From Eledone cirrhosa (Eukaryota), in NCBI GenBank assembly GCA_964016885.1, contig OZ024741.1, positions 297,104,001-297,168,000 on the forward strand: 64,000 nt of DNA, read 5' to 3'. Both the position numbers and the translations under genes were made by a program. Below are positions 24,614-37,815 of this stretch, one piece after another. The notes under the pieces were generated by a model. That model did not search any database. It saw nothing but the letters and a program-made list of their open reading frames with translations, and was not told the DNA's origin. Within the stretch, counting starts at the first letter, position 1. Every line of letters begins with the position of its first letter.

Positions 24614-26519
24614 TTAAACAACGTACATTTCACACTATTTTTTAAGGTCACTTTCAATAGTCAAATTTTATTTTATTTAACTTTATTACATATACAATCA
24701 AAAAGCAAATGAACACTTATAAAAATAAATCAGATCTTTTACTGGTTCAGTCATTTGAATAGTCTGCAGTCATGCTGTGGCAATCTATTTAAATCTAATA
24801 CTTATTATATTGATCTCTATTTGCTGCACTACTAGAAAACAAAGAAAGACTGAGAGAAAGGGAATTGGTGAGACACAGAATACAGAATACAGAAAGAGAG
24901 AGACACTAAGAGAAGGAGAAAGAAGCAGAGAAAGCGAAGTAGTGTAGATAATACTAGAATGCATATTATATAAAATTTGAACTAGATGTGTTTTAATAAT
25001 ATAACTAACTCTTTCTCATTATTTATCTGGTTTTCGGAACATAATTTTACAGCATTCTTATATGAAATTATAATGGAAGATTTTTAGATAAATATAAACA
25101 CTTTAAGTCTTTTGTTACCATATTTCTCATGAAAGACACATTATGTCGCTATGGTTTTCAAATAATTTTGAATAATTGAGTAATGAAACTAACATTCTTA
25201 TTATTTCATTGATTATAATTAAAGAATTCTCTTTCCAAATAAAGGGTAGATTATATGATGCCTGTGTACAAATTGCAATGCTGCATGGTAGTGAGACATG
25301 AACATTGAATGCAGAGAATGCGCAAAAAAAATGAGGCTAGCATACTCCACTAGATATATATAAATGAAGCACAGATGAGTAGAAGGAAAAAATTGACAAA
25401 AGGAGAATCAGATCCAAAATGCAAGAGAAAAGATTGAACCGGTTTGAACATATAATGCATATTGATGATCATTGGGTGAAGAAATGGCAAAAGTTCTAAG
25501 TAGAAGGAAGATGTGGTGGAGGAAGACCAAAGAAAAACTGGGTAGAAGTGGTGAAAGCTGATCTCACAATGGTGAACTTCACAGAGAAGATGACAAAGTA
25601 ATGAACAGATGGAAGAGAGCTGTGCTGGAGAAGACATGTCAAACCCTTGCAAATTTGAAAAAGCAAATGTAAAAATGATAATGATGATGACATATTTATA
25701 TTTCTTCACAATATCCGGTTTACCCAATTCTACACACAAACTAATGGTCAACCCAAGGCTATCTATAGTAAAGGTTCTTGCTCTGGATGATGTGCAATGG
25801 AATTGAACCCGAAACGTATGGCTGCCAAATGAACTTTAGAATCTTTTGATCATCATCATCATCATTATTATTTTATAGGCAGGTAACAGTAAAAGCCAAA
25901 CTTGCAATCTTCAATTCGGTATTCGTGCCAACCTTTACCTATGATCATGAATCTTGGGTAATGACTGAAAGATTATGATCGTCAATATAAGCAGCTGAAA
26001 TGTGGTTCCTCAGAAGGGTCTTTGGAGTAACGTTACTCAGAGATCAGAGTCACTCCAAGTAGAGCCGCTACTTCGCCAAATTGAGAGATCACAGCTCTGA
26101 TACAATGGACATGTGGTTAGAATGTTTTAGGAACGAATTGCTGGACAGATTTTATGGGCAAAATAACCGGCAGGAGACCCCGAGCAAGATGGTTGGATAA
26201 TATCCGTGAGCTGGATGTCATTCATAATGCCAACCAGTTTACAGAATGTATTGGGTACATTTTATCATGGTGCTAGAACTAGAGAGATTGTCAGGTCATT
26301 GACTTGACTGAAGAGACCTCTCTACTCTGTGTTACATCTCACACCAATGTAGCTGATTTTCTACAAGGTTGTATTTTGTAAGAGGTTTTTCAGATGTTTT
26401 AATAATGGGGCCCTCGGTCCTATCATAAAAACCAATGTGAATGAAGTGTCTTGCTAAAAGACGTAATGTATTGTACATCCAGGAAGCAACCACGCAGCAC
26501 TCCATATATATATGTATAT

Positions 26520-27222
26520 ATAATAGTAATATACGTGAGCGGCAAAGCATAAACGAACTAAGGAAAAAATTAGAAATAAGAGGGATCAGATGTTGTTTAC
26601 TCGAGAGAAGGCTACGTTGGTATGGTCACGTGATGCGCATGAAAGACGATAGCTGTATAACAAAGTGCAGGGCAATAAAGATAGACGGTAGCCACGGAAT
26701 AGGCAGACCCAGAAAAACCTGGGACGAGCTGATAAATTCCGACCTCACACACTTTCACCTCTCCAAGACAATGTCACTGGACCGAGACCTTTGGCGGTAC
26801 TCAGTAATAGAGAAGACCCGCCTTACCTGAATACAAAGTAAAACCTACTACAGTCAGTAGGCATCTCTAACAAAATACACCCCCGTCCCACCACCCCCAC
26901 CTCATCCACACCGCCCCTTTCAATGTAAAGTTATGTTGGTGCCACAACATCCAGGCCGAAACAAATGAGATCGTGTAGGTGTCACGACAAAAAAACACAC
27001 AGTTCACGCTGTAATGTGGCCGTGTAGGCAACACGGTAAAAACCTCCCAGCCCCACACTGTAAATGTGGTTGGTGTTAGGAAGGGCATCCAGCTGTAGAA
27101 AACCCGCCAGATAGTCCTATGCGAGCAAGACAATCACTCTTGCCTCAAGTGGGAAAACCCCCGTCCAAACCCATGCAAGCGTGGAACACGGACGTTAAAC
27201 GTTGATGATGATGATGATGATG
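26520..27222 (+). mobile_element. RTE LINE 3' part with long 3' UTR
   Basis: ERRLRWYGHVMRM...GRPRKTWDELI...LWRYSVIEKTRLT*, then the 3' UTR and (gat)n tail. Confidence 0.85.
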
Positions 27223-27492
27223 ATATATATATATATATATTTATATACATATATATATGTCTATAAAATATTATCTTAACTCAGTGTTCTAATGGTTTTT
27301 GATTAAGGCTCAAAACCAAACATTTAGGGAAGATGTAAGGCAAATCAAAGTTAGACAGGATTTGAACTCGGAATGTAAAGGGCTCTAACTACATGCCGTA
27401 AAGCATATTGTCCGATGCTCTACTGATTCCACTGCCAATCCATCACCCTACTCAATGTTATAATAAGAATGAATCCAATGTAAGAGACTTAC

Positions 27493-27637
27493 CTCATCTT
27501 TTTTATATTCTGCTGTTCTCTTAATTGATGTTATTAAATTAAAGAACCTCATGTACATCACATAAGCTCTCTCTTCATCACCAGTGTTCTCACATAATTC
27601 AGCTTCCGTCAACAGTCTTGCTGCAGATTTTACAGCT
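27493..27637 (-). CDS. USP8: USP8 coding exon 2 (MIT-like N-terminal domain)
   Basis: AVKSAARLLTEAELCENTGDEERAYVMYMRFFNLITSIKRTAEYKKDE; 145 nt; tttcag and gtaagt boundaries. Confidence 0.95.
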
Positions 27638-27793
27638 CTGAAACATGGTGGTAGGAATTGAATAAATACAGAAAAACATATGAAGTACTTTATGGTTATT
27701 TCCCCTGCTAAAATAGGGGTGAGACAGGGAAGTGGGGAAAGGACATGACATGCAGTTCTTTTAAGGCAATGTTTTTAACATCTTCTATCTTCT

Positions 27794-28160
27794 TCTATAT
27801 ATATAAAAGCGAGGATGTGTGTGTGTCTGTGTACAACTTTGGATACCTAAGGCTTTTACAATTACCAACCGAATTTGACCAAATTTTCTGTGCACGTTGT
27901 ACAGGTCAAATCGACCCACGTTGTCAAATCGACCACGTTGTGCAATAAAAAATCGATATCAAAATTATCGGTAGCAAAATTGATGTAAGGGAGATAACCA
28001 ACTTTATTGACAATCCTTATAAAAAAAGGGAGATAACCAACTTTATTGACAGAAATATAAACATCAGATTCATTTGAAGATAAATTACTAATATTCGTTT
28101 GTTTCTTGTTTATTCTTTGTTGCATTTCAAACCTCGGGCAACGCCGAGTAAATCTGCTAG
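27794..28160 (+). mobile_element. Non-autonomous Helitron
   Basis: Begins TCTATATATATAAAAGC and ends ctcgggcaacgccgag..tgCTAG. Confidence 0.75.
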
Positions 28161-29039
28161 TGGCTTCTAAATGTGAATTATCAACATCATTATCATTGTT
28201 TAGTGTCCATAAATACCATTTACACTTCATAATTGAAGTGGCTGTTAAGAGAACATCTAACTTTTAAAACCCATCAAACACTTTTAAGATCATTTATCCT
28301 TGCTAAAGCAGGCATTAGCCTTGCAAGCCGTGACAGGCTTCATACTCATCATAGGGTCCTTGTCAAGATGTTTTACACCCAAATGATCTTCTTGGTGCCA
28401 ACCATTTTAATTACTTGTTGCAACACAGGGTTACAATGTACCTATTCTAAACTGGATACATACAGAATATGTAACAAAAATTAACCCTTTCATTACCATA
28501 TTTCTAATAAAAAAAACACTGCTTATAATTTTAAGATAATTTTGAAAATAATCAAGAATTTTAAAGGATTTCATAAAATAACTAACTTTCTCAATTTGAA
28601 AGGATTTCATAAAATAACTAAATATAAATACTTTAAAACATATTTGTATTATAGAACCAACAACAGTTCCAGACAGTTTAGTATCAGATGTGTTAACAAA
28701 CAAGAAAAATAAAGTCTTTTAAATAGGTTTGAAAACTCATATTTTTGCTAGCGATGATGATGATGATGATGAGGAATATTATGACATTAACCTTTTGGAT
28801 ACCAAACAACCAGAAATCACCCCTTGTTCTATGATACAAAACTATATTTTAAAGTGTTTATATTTATGAAAAAATCTCCCATCATAACTTATGAGCCTTT
28901 GTTAAGTCATGTTTCAAACACCAGCTTAATAAAGTTATTTATATTACTGAATCTCTCAAAATTCTTGAAAATCATAGGCAGTGTTTTTCATTACAAATAT
29001 GGTAATAAAAGGATTAAGCAGATTCTATAATATAAAACC

Positions 29040-30070
29040 TCCCATTTTAAAATGTCTTCCATCATGATTTTATGCAATAACCTTTCTGAACAAATTGAGG
29101 ACATTGAGACAGAGTGGAGATTGTTCAGCCCAGCAGTTTCTGCTTCAGCTGATAAATGTTGCGGGCGAAAGAGGCTTGGTGTGGCGCCGGATGGCAGAAG
29201 GAACCCCTGGTTCAATCAAGAGGTCAAAGATGCCATCTGAGCAAAGGAGTCTTACAAAGTTTGGCTTGGAAATAAATTATCCTTCTTGGGCACAAAAAAC
29301 TGCAGTAGAGACAGTAAATGCGTCCAAAGTTAAGACATGGGAGGACTTTGAGGTTAAGCTGGAATCTAACTTTAAATCAGCAAGTGTTCTGGCTGACCAT
29401 CTGCTGACTTCATAAGAAGTCCTCCTCCACACCTGCTATCACAACAGCATCTTCTGATGTACACAAGGTACATCTGGGAGCAGTGACTAATCTCATGGAG
29501 GCTGAGGTCACAAGAGCAGTTAAAGAACTCAAATGTGGCAAGGCCGCTGGGAAAGATGAAATTCAGCCTGAGATGTTATGAACCTTAAATAGAGAAGGTA
29601 TTTCCTGGCTGACTTGTATGTGCCGGGTGATCTGGATCTCTGGAAAGGCACCTAAACAATAACAATCAGGAGAGATAATCCCAATTTTCAAAAAGGGAGA
29701 CAAGAGAGATTGTTCTAAATACAGATCTGCTTGTTATGCTAAGTGTCTGGCAAAGAGATGCAGGGAGATTGTAGAGTCCAAGCTAGCTGATAAAGGGTGT
29801 GATTTTCACCCTGGATGCAGCACAACCGACCAAATATTCACACTGTTGCAGCTCTTCAAGAAATTGTGGGAGTATTGCCAAGAAGTATATTCTGGTTTTG
29901 TAGACCTCGAAAAGGCATATGACTGCATTCCTCAGGATCTGGTGTGCAAGGTTCTGCAGGAGTATGGAGTTGATGGTCAGCTTCTTGTTGCCCTGATGTC
30001 TCTATATGAATGCCCAAGTATTTGTGTTCGAATAAATGGTACTAAATCGAAACCATTCAATGTGGGAGTT
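29040..30070 (+). mobile_element. Decayed RTE LINE internal (RT) fragment
   Basis: RNPWFNQEVK, CGKAAGKDEIQPEM and FVDLEKAYD motifs with stops and frameshifts. Confidence 0.8.
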
Positions 30071-30505
30071 AATTTGTTTTGTAATCATGTGTTTCCAGGT
30101 TCAATCCCATTGTGTAGCACCTTGTCTTTTACTGTAGCTTTAGATCAACCAATGTCACATAAGTGGATTTTAGTAGACAGAAACTGCAGAAACCCATCAT
30201 ATATATTTATCAACATCATCATTTAACATCCATTTTCCTCTGTTAACATGGGTTGGAAGTCTTGTCACAGACCAAATCAGTAATTAATCAGACCTACTGA
30301 TTTCTCAGATGAGCCGGGACTCATCTTGCATGTGTTCCTGCATTCTACAAAGTGAGAAATACCATGCAATCAGGGTACGAATATCAGGGAGGTTGTCATG
30401 TCTTTGACACAACTTCACAGTCCTCTCTACCCTTTGGCTAGTTTTCTATGGCTGGATGCTATCCCTATCACCAACCACTTTACAGAGTATATATATATAA
30501 TATAT

Positions 30506-30554
<49 letters not shown>

Positions 30555-30715
30555 ATAATAATAAATTTGAAGACTAAAATCCAAAGAGGCCTCGATAAGG
30601 ATAAATATATATCAAATATATAAGAACCGTAGAGCAAATATTTATTAAAATAACAGATTAAAGTTTAAGCAAAGAATCTTAGGATTCTTTGCTTAAACTT
30701 TAATCTGTTATTTTA

Positions 30716-30779
<64 letters not shown>

Positions 30780-31289
30780 GAACACTGGTGGGTTGTATCC
30801 GTAGTAGTAGAGCACTAAGTCCATGGTACGAGTTTGGTAGAAATAGTTCCACAAGAGCTAATTCCCCATTTCCGAGACAATTTGTTTCACCTAAAACGGA
30901 TCGTCAGCTCAGTTTAAATGAGATTATATGGAAAGGGAGACAATTATACAAATACATATACACAGAAGAACTTCTTCCCAAAGGAGAAGCAACTCACGTT
31001 AGATCGATACAAGCTCTATTATGCAGTCTTCTCAGGATATTGGAGATTACATAATAGTGCTGTCTAAATTCAAGATCTGAGTTCTACTCACGTTGTTCGC
31101 ACATTTCGAAACATCTATTATGTAATTTTAACTGACTACCAGGCGTAACTTCTAGACCGAATGTCATGAATAACTTATAGAATCCTGAGCTTTTACAGTC
31201 ACCTCCCTTTTATCGATCTAATGTGGGGAAGAACTTCTGAACATGTGTATTCGTATAATTGTTTCTCTTTCTGAATAATCTCATTTAAA

Positions 31290-31331
31290 CCGAGCTGATG
31301 ATCTGTCTTAGGTGAAACAAATTGTTCTCGG
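31290..31331 (+). ncRNA. Minimal type I hammerhead (same family as 6613-6652)
   Basis: ccgag-CTGATGA-tctgtcttaggt-GAAA-caaattg-TT-ctcgg. The inverted partner on minus is at 30872-30912 (CTGACGA core). Confidence 0.75.
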
Positions 31332-31363
31332 AAATGGTGAATCAACTGTTGTGGAACTACTTC

Positions 31364-31418
<55 letters not shown>

Positions 31419-31457
31419 ATATTAAATAAATGGAAACTATATTTATAAAACCATATT

Positions 31458-31523
31458 TATTCTATTATATATATTTCAAGGGTACCAAAAAAAAACTTTG
31501 GTACGCTTTCATCAGATAAAATA
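31458..31523 (-). ncRNA. Minimal type I hammerhead in a PLE fold-back (31414-31755)
   Basis: Minus strand reads tattttat-CTGATGA-aagcgtacc...ggtaccctt-GAAA-tatata-TA-atagaata. Confidence 0.75.
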
Positions 31524-31981
31524 CAAAGAGTGTTTATAAATTTTGGCATAGCCAAGGAAAATCATACCTTATCAGTTCAATATCCCTTGGGTACCCTTGA
31601 AATATATATAATAGAATAAATATGGTTTTATAAATATAGTTTCCATTTATTTAATATCATTGAATATTTACTCCAGAAATCTGTCGAGTGCTCTGAATCA
31701 GTTATAAACATTTATATTTGTTGGATTTCCAACAAATTAAATATCCCTTCTACTTATATATATATATATTATATGAATAAGATCTCAACACAAATGCATG
31801 CTACCTAATGTTTCAAACTTTAACCAGCATAGGACATACACATTCTATGTCTGCTAGTTTAGTTATCTATGTCCTATGCTGGTTGAAGTTTGAAACCTTA
31901 GGTAGCATGGCTCTGTACATTACATAGAACACTTTCTTTTTGATATATTCTACAGAAATTCTTGACACTATACATATATAG

Positions 31982-34155
31982 GAAAAAGTATGACCCCGAC
32001 GGCAGAGCTCAAGCCGTTTCGACGGCTATTTCTGGACTAAATTAGAATTTTTAGCCTGGTGAATAAATAGCCGAACTTGTCAAAGGGGTACTTCCTTATA
32101 TGGGAAGATTGTAGTTGTCAAGAGGATTGGTTAAAATTTGTTGTAAACACAAATAAGTCTATCATGGCATTTGGTGGGAGGTAGGGGTGGCTGAACTTGC
32201 CTGTAGAACAATAGGGGTGTGAGTGGAGCGGTCAAGCGTTGAAAGTGATATGTATACAGCAGATTCTAAGGATAGTGTATGAAGTGGAGGAGGGAGGTTA
32301 TAGGTAAATCGAATGAGAGTAGGAGACAATAAAAGATAATAGAAAAAAATAAAAAAATATATAGCGAGAAATGAATAAAAAAAATCACAATGCTATCTTA
32401 CAATTACAGGTTAATAAGTTGAGAATAGAAAAAACTTGTAGAAATTGAGTAGTACCAGAACTGATACAAAATTAAAGGGGTTTAACACATCTGCTATAAG
32501 TAGTTAGTAAAACGTATTTGGCCAATTCTATCTTAAAATTACAGGGGTGGGAGAACTGATGCTACAGAGGCCCGATGGGCTGCATCGGAGTAGGCGAAAG
32601 GGGAAAAGCAGATGAGGAAGAAAATAGGGGGTGGAAGGAAGTGATAGGATGAGACAGGGGGAAGAAGAAGACAAAGAGGAAAAGAAAAGTAAAGAGATAC
32701 ATCTACCTAAGTAAGCTGGGGTTTCCTCTAACTTATTCGACAAGTGGAGGGGTATCAGCCCTTGTCTACCCACCCGGGTCGTTATGGGGTTTGAGGGCGA
32801 GGTAAGTCCTACGCAATTTGTGTTTGCATGCGGTTACCAGTTCGTCTTTCTTGTTTAGGAGTTGGTCCTTCGAAAACAGCATTTGTAATGTTTCCTCCGA
32901 GCATAAGTTACCCCTATGGAAGAAATAACCTAGACATCAGTGGAGAGCCGACCAGGAGGTGCAACTGCTCTGATAGATCTACGTGCCCCCTCAACAACAA
33001 ATGCCGAGAACGTAACGTGATCTACCAGTGCATTGTGAGGATGGACACCTCCAACAAAGCTTATATAGGATTAACCACGTGTGACTTCAAGATCCGGCTT
33101 TACCAACAGCGACATACTTTACGAAACCCGGTTCGGTGACATGCCACTACACTTTCGGGCCATATCTGGGACCTACAATCTCACTCGGAGCTTACTGTCC
33201 AGAGCTAACTCTTACACGGGAGGACGCCGTGCGTGTAACTTATGCTCGGAGGAAACATTACAAATGCTGTTTTCGAAGGACCAACTCCTAAACAAGAAAG
33301 ACGAACTGGTAACCGCATGCAAACACAGATTGCGTAGGACTTACCTCGCCCTCAAACCCCATAACGACCCGGGTGGGTAGACAAGGGCTGATACCCCCCC
33401 CCCACTTGCCAAATAAGTTAGGGGAAACCCCAGCTTACTTAGGTAGATGTATCTCTTTTCTTTTCTTTTCTCTTTGTCTTCTTCCCCGTCTCATCCTATC
33501 ACTTCCTTCCACCCCCTATTTTCTTCCTCGTCTGCTTTTCCCCTTTCGCCTACCCCGATGCAGCCCATCGGGCCTCTGTAGCATCAGCTCCCCCACCCCT
33601 GTAATTTTAAGATAGAATTGGCCAAATACGTTTTACTAACTACTTATAGCAGACGTGTTAAACCCCTTTAATTTTGTATCAGTTCTGGTACTACTCAATT
33701 TCTACAAGTTTTTTCTATTCTCAACTTATTAACCTGTAATTGTAAAATAGCATTGTGATTTTTTTTATTCATTTCTCACCATATATTTTTTTTTTTTTCT
33801 ATTATCTTTTATTGTCTCCTACTCTCATTCGATTTACCTATAACCTCCCTCCTCCACTTCATACACTATCCTTAGAATCTGCTGTATACATATCACTTTC
33901 AATGCTTGACCGCTCCACTCACACCCCTATTGTTCTACAGGCAAGTTCAGCCACCCCTACCTCCCACCAAATGCCATGATAGAATTATTTGTGTTTACAA
34001 CAAATTTTAACCAATCCTCTTGACAACTACAATCTTCCCATATAAGGAAGTACCCCCTTGACAAGTTCGGCTATTTATTCACCAGGCTAAAAATTCTAAT
34101 TTAGTCCAGAAATAGCCGTCGAAACGGCTTGAGCTCTGCCGTCGGGGTCATACTT

Positions 34156-34159
<4 letters not shown>
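31982..34159. mobile_element. 5'-truncated PLE (GIY-YIG end plus 3' UTR) with an inverted copy; arms of about 925 bp
   Basis: On +: CNCSDRSTCPLNNKC, NVIYQC..AYIGLT, CNLCSEE, LNKKDELVTACKH. Region 31982-32911 is the reverse complement of 33235-34159. Confidence 0.9.
34052..34148 (+). ncRNA. Type I hammerhead with a U3-A8 variant core and a full stem III
   Basis: acccc-c-TTGACAA-g..cggctattt...aaatagccg.c-GAAA-cggc-ttgagctct-gccg-TC-ggggt. The mirror copy on minus is at 31993-32089. Confidence 0.75.
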
Positions 34160-34217
<58 letters not shown>

Positions 34218-35714
34218 ATAGCTTTCACCGTATTTTTGACTAAAGGAATTTTAGCTTGATAACAGGGTTTAGAACCCTCAGATAAATGGAAAAAGATGAG
34301 TATTGAGTACATCTTTTTCCATTTATCTGAGGGTTCTAAACCCTGTTATCAAGCTAAAATTCCTTTAGTCAAAAATACGGTGAAAGCTATATATTTTCTA
34401 ATTTCAAACTCGCTCACTGTTTCAAAACATACTTACTTGATATATATATATATGTATAGTGGCAAGAATTTCTGTAGAATATATCAAAAAGAAAGTGTTT
34501 TATGTAATGTACAGAGCCATGCTACCTAAGGTTTCAAACTTCAACCAGCATAGGACATAGATAACTAAACTAGCAGACATAGAATGTGTATGTCCTATGC
34601 TGGTTAAAGTTTGAAACATTAGGTAGCATGCATTTGTGTTGAGATCTTATTCATATAATATATATATATATAAGTAGAAGGGATATTTAATTTGTTGGAA
34701 ATCCAACAAATATAAATGTTTATAACTGATTCAGAGCACTCGACAGATTTCTGGAGTAAATATTCAATGATATTAAATAAATGGAAACTATATTTATAAA
34801 ACCATATTTATTCTACCACCCTAAGTATTGAGTACTCTGGTGCGTTATGGTCCATCTGGTTCCTTACCACAATTCCTTTGTTTTATATATATATATTGTA
34901 GAAATCAAGCCAGAATCAGTTCCCGTCCCACCCTTGCAAGCAGGGAAAAGTGGACGTAAAATGAAATGATGATGATGATATATATAATATAAAGAGATGG
35001 GGACAGATGGCTGAGCTCTTGCCATTTCAACAGCTAGTTCGTTGTTGGGCCCTGACTCTTTATGATATAGCCATACTCTACTGTCCCAAGTACTGAGTAC
35101 TCTGTTGAGTAATGGTCTAACTAATTTTAAACTGGTCTATTCCCCCTCTCTCTCTCTCTGTGACTGCGTCTGTGCTTACATTTGTGTATGTTTATGTTCT
35201 GTAACTTAATAGTTCAAAACAAAAAGATCGATAAAATAAATGCCAGGCTTGAAAAATAAAATATTAAGGTAGTAACTTAAAATAGGATGCTTATATAGAA
35301 TTATGTTAGATGGGACTGTTTTCTAGAACCAGTGCTGCTTTTGGCTAGGTTGGTATCAAAAAGGTTAAAATACCTTCAACAAAAACGAAACCTAAGATTT
35401 ACAAGCAAGTTGTCAAGTGTCACATCCACGTGACCATTTTGCTCCAAACTCAGGAAAAAGTTACAATAGAAATACAGTACACACACATACAAATATATAT
35501 ACTTTAAAAATATATAGTCTTTTATGGCATTTAACCTTTTCATTAGAATTAACAAAATATTTTGAAGATAATCAAAAACTTAGAAGGATTTTGTAATATA
35601 ATTAACTTTCTCAATATGAAGCTGTTGTTTAGAAGTATGATGGAAGATTTTTAGATAAATATGTATGTCTGGCTGTCTGCATTACGACATTATGAAAACA
35701 TTGACTTCGCTATC

Positions 35715-35748
<34 letters not shown>

Positions 35749-36118
35749 GTGTGTAACGTTTTTCGAATTATTTACTTCTGCGCTCACAGATTTATTTTTT
35801 TAGTTTCAGAAGATCCCGTTAAGGGTGAAAACAGCGATTGTTTGCTTAAACTTTAATCTGTTATTTTAATATATATATATATATAATTATATATTCGTGT
35901 ACAGATATTTTTGCATACACAATAACAAAATATAAACAAACGTATTTATTTCACGAGGTATTCCGTACTTTCTGTACTGTTTCTGAAAGGAGGGATAAAC
36001 ATGCCAATCTATGTTTAGAATCCCGAGCAACATAGGGCCATTCTGTTGGTCTAATATATAATCCACATATTTCTAATGAAAGACATCGCTTATGATTTCT
36101 AAATAATTTTTTAAATAA

Positions 36119-37815
36119 CACTGTGTAACAAAAAAAAATTTTTCTCTGTTCCTGGCTTGTAATTACTTTTTTTGTGTTGCTTAGGTCGCAAATAAATAAA
36201 AAAAAAAGTGCTATTAAACAGTTAAAAGTTTGGGTTTGTAAAAATTCTAAGCTATTCACTAGAATTATTTGTATGCTGGATTTTACGTTGTATGTAAGTT
36301 TAATTTGCTTATGTTAAATGATTTTTTTATATATGTTTCAGGTTAAATTAAAATTATAAAATAAAGAGTAATACCTAAAGAAAATTATAAAAGTGCAATA
36401 AAGTATAAAATTGTTAAAAAGTGGATTAAAGAGATTTATTGATACTGGATTTTCGCACCCTGAATAAAGGGTAAGTTGTGTTTTAAGTATTCGTCTCCAG
36501 GATGAAGCAGTGGAACTTGGTCAAGGAGGAACTGCAGGTGACAAGTCTGAGAAGTCGACACAAACCTTTCTCAGGCTTTTTCACTCTTAGGGATGGCCTC
36601 TGCTTCTGCCATGATGTGCCTGGACTGTTTGACGTTATTGGGGTGCCGTTTGTGCCCAAGGACTGACAGCTATTTATAGACAGCTCCACCACAAGTTTGA
36701 AGGCCGTCCTCCTCCACAATGGAAACAAGTTCCCGACACTGCCCCTCTGTGAAAGTCCTCTTGGAAGCTCTGCAATACAACCAGTACAATTGGGAAATCA
36801 TTGGAGACTTCAAGATGGTGGCTTTCCTGCTTGGACTCCAAGGAGGCTTTATCAAATTCCAATGCTTCCTCTGCCTTTGGGACAGCAGAGCCACCTCTGA
36901 CCACCAGAAAGAACTGGGAACAGCGAACAGAATTTGTAGTTGGGACCCGGAACGTCATGTGGGAGCCACTAGTGATCCCAGGATTGTGCTCATGCCGCCA
37001 CTGCACATTAAGTTGGGGTTGATGAAGCAGTTTGTGAAGGCTCTCAACCAAGAATCAGCCACTTTTCAGTACCTTCTTGAGTCCTTCCCCAAGTTATCTG
37101 AGGCCAAAATCAAGGTGGAATTTTTGTTGGACCTCAGATAAAGAAGGTGTTTGAGTCTACCGAGTTCTCCAATAAGCTCAATAGGATAGAGAGAACAGCA
37201 TCGAACTGTTTCAAGGCAGTTGTTAAGGGCTTTCTGGGCAACTACAGAGCTGAAAACTACCAGCAACTGGTGCAGGATCTGATAAAGGCTTTTGGCGCCA
37301 TGGGATGCAGGATGTTGCTTAAACTCCATATGCTGGACGCTCACCTGGAAACATTCAAGGACAATATAGGCGCCTACTCAGAAGAACAAGGCTAACGATT
37401 CCACCAAGATGTGAAAGAGATAGAGCGGAGGTACCAGGACCACTACAATGAAAAAATGATGGAGGACTATATCTGGGGGCTAGTGCGGGAATGCGACCTG
37501 GACTACAACCGCAAATCCAGGAAATCCAGTCATTTCTTACGTGTATAAGTTGCTTTATAAGTGTTATTTGTTTTTACTTGTTTGCTTTTGATAAGCTTGT
37601 GTAATAAAATAAATATATACTCTGTTGATTTAATTATATAAACTGATAAACTTTTTTAAAATGTGTTTTTTCTTGAATATGAAAATTTCGAAATATCAAA
37701 CTCCTGACCACAAACCCAAACTTCTGATTAAATAATAGTGTTTTTTTTATAATAATGGGATATAACAAACCATGAAATGATACTTAGAACCGGGGAACAA
37801 AAAATATGTTATTAT
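36119..37815 (+). mobile_element. Decayed DNA transposon, probably Chapaev3-like (CMC group)
   Basis: Frameshifted transposase: LFIDSS..LKAVLLHNGN, IIGDFKMV..LGLQGG..CFLCLWDSR, PPLHIKLGLMKQFVKAL, LHMLDAHL, YSEEQG*RFHQD. The 5' terminus is CACTGTGTAACA. The superfamily label is from memory of the family. Confidence 0.65.

Noticed and set aside
33137-33139. In-frame TGA in the PLE GIY-YIG region as selenocysteine (reported for some Naiad elements)
   Set aside because: It aligns with Arg in the other PLE (NPVR* versus NPLRR), consistent with CGA->TGA decay. The conserved Cys codons I checked are TGY and I saw no convincing SECIS.
34139-34150. cgtcggggtca matches the 3' end of eukaryotic tRNA-Trp
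   Set aside because: It is only about 11 nt, it is fully explained as hammerhead stem III / cleavage site / stem I, and there is no tRNA body.
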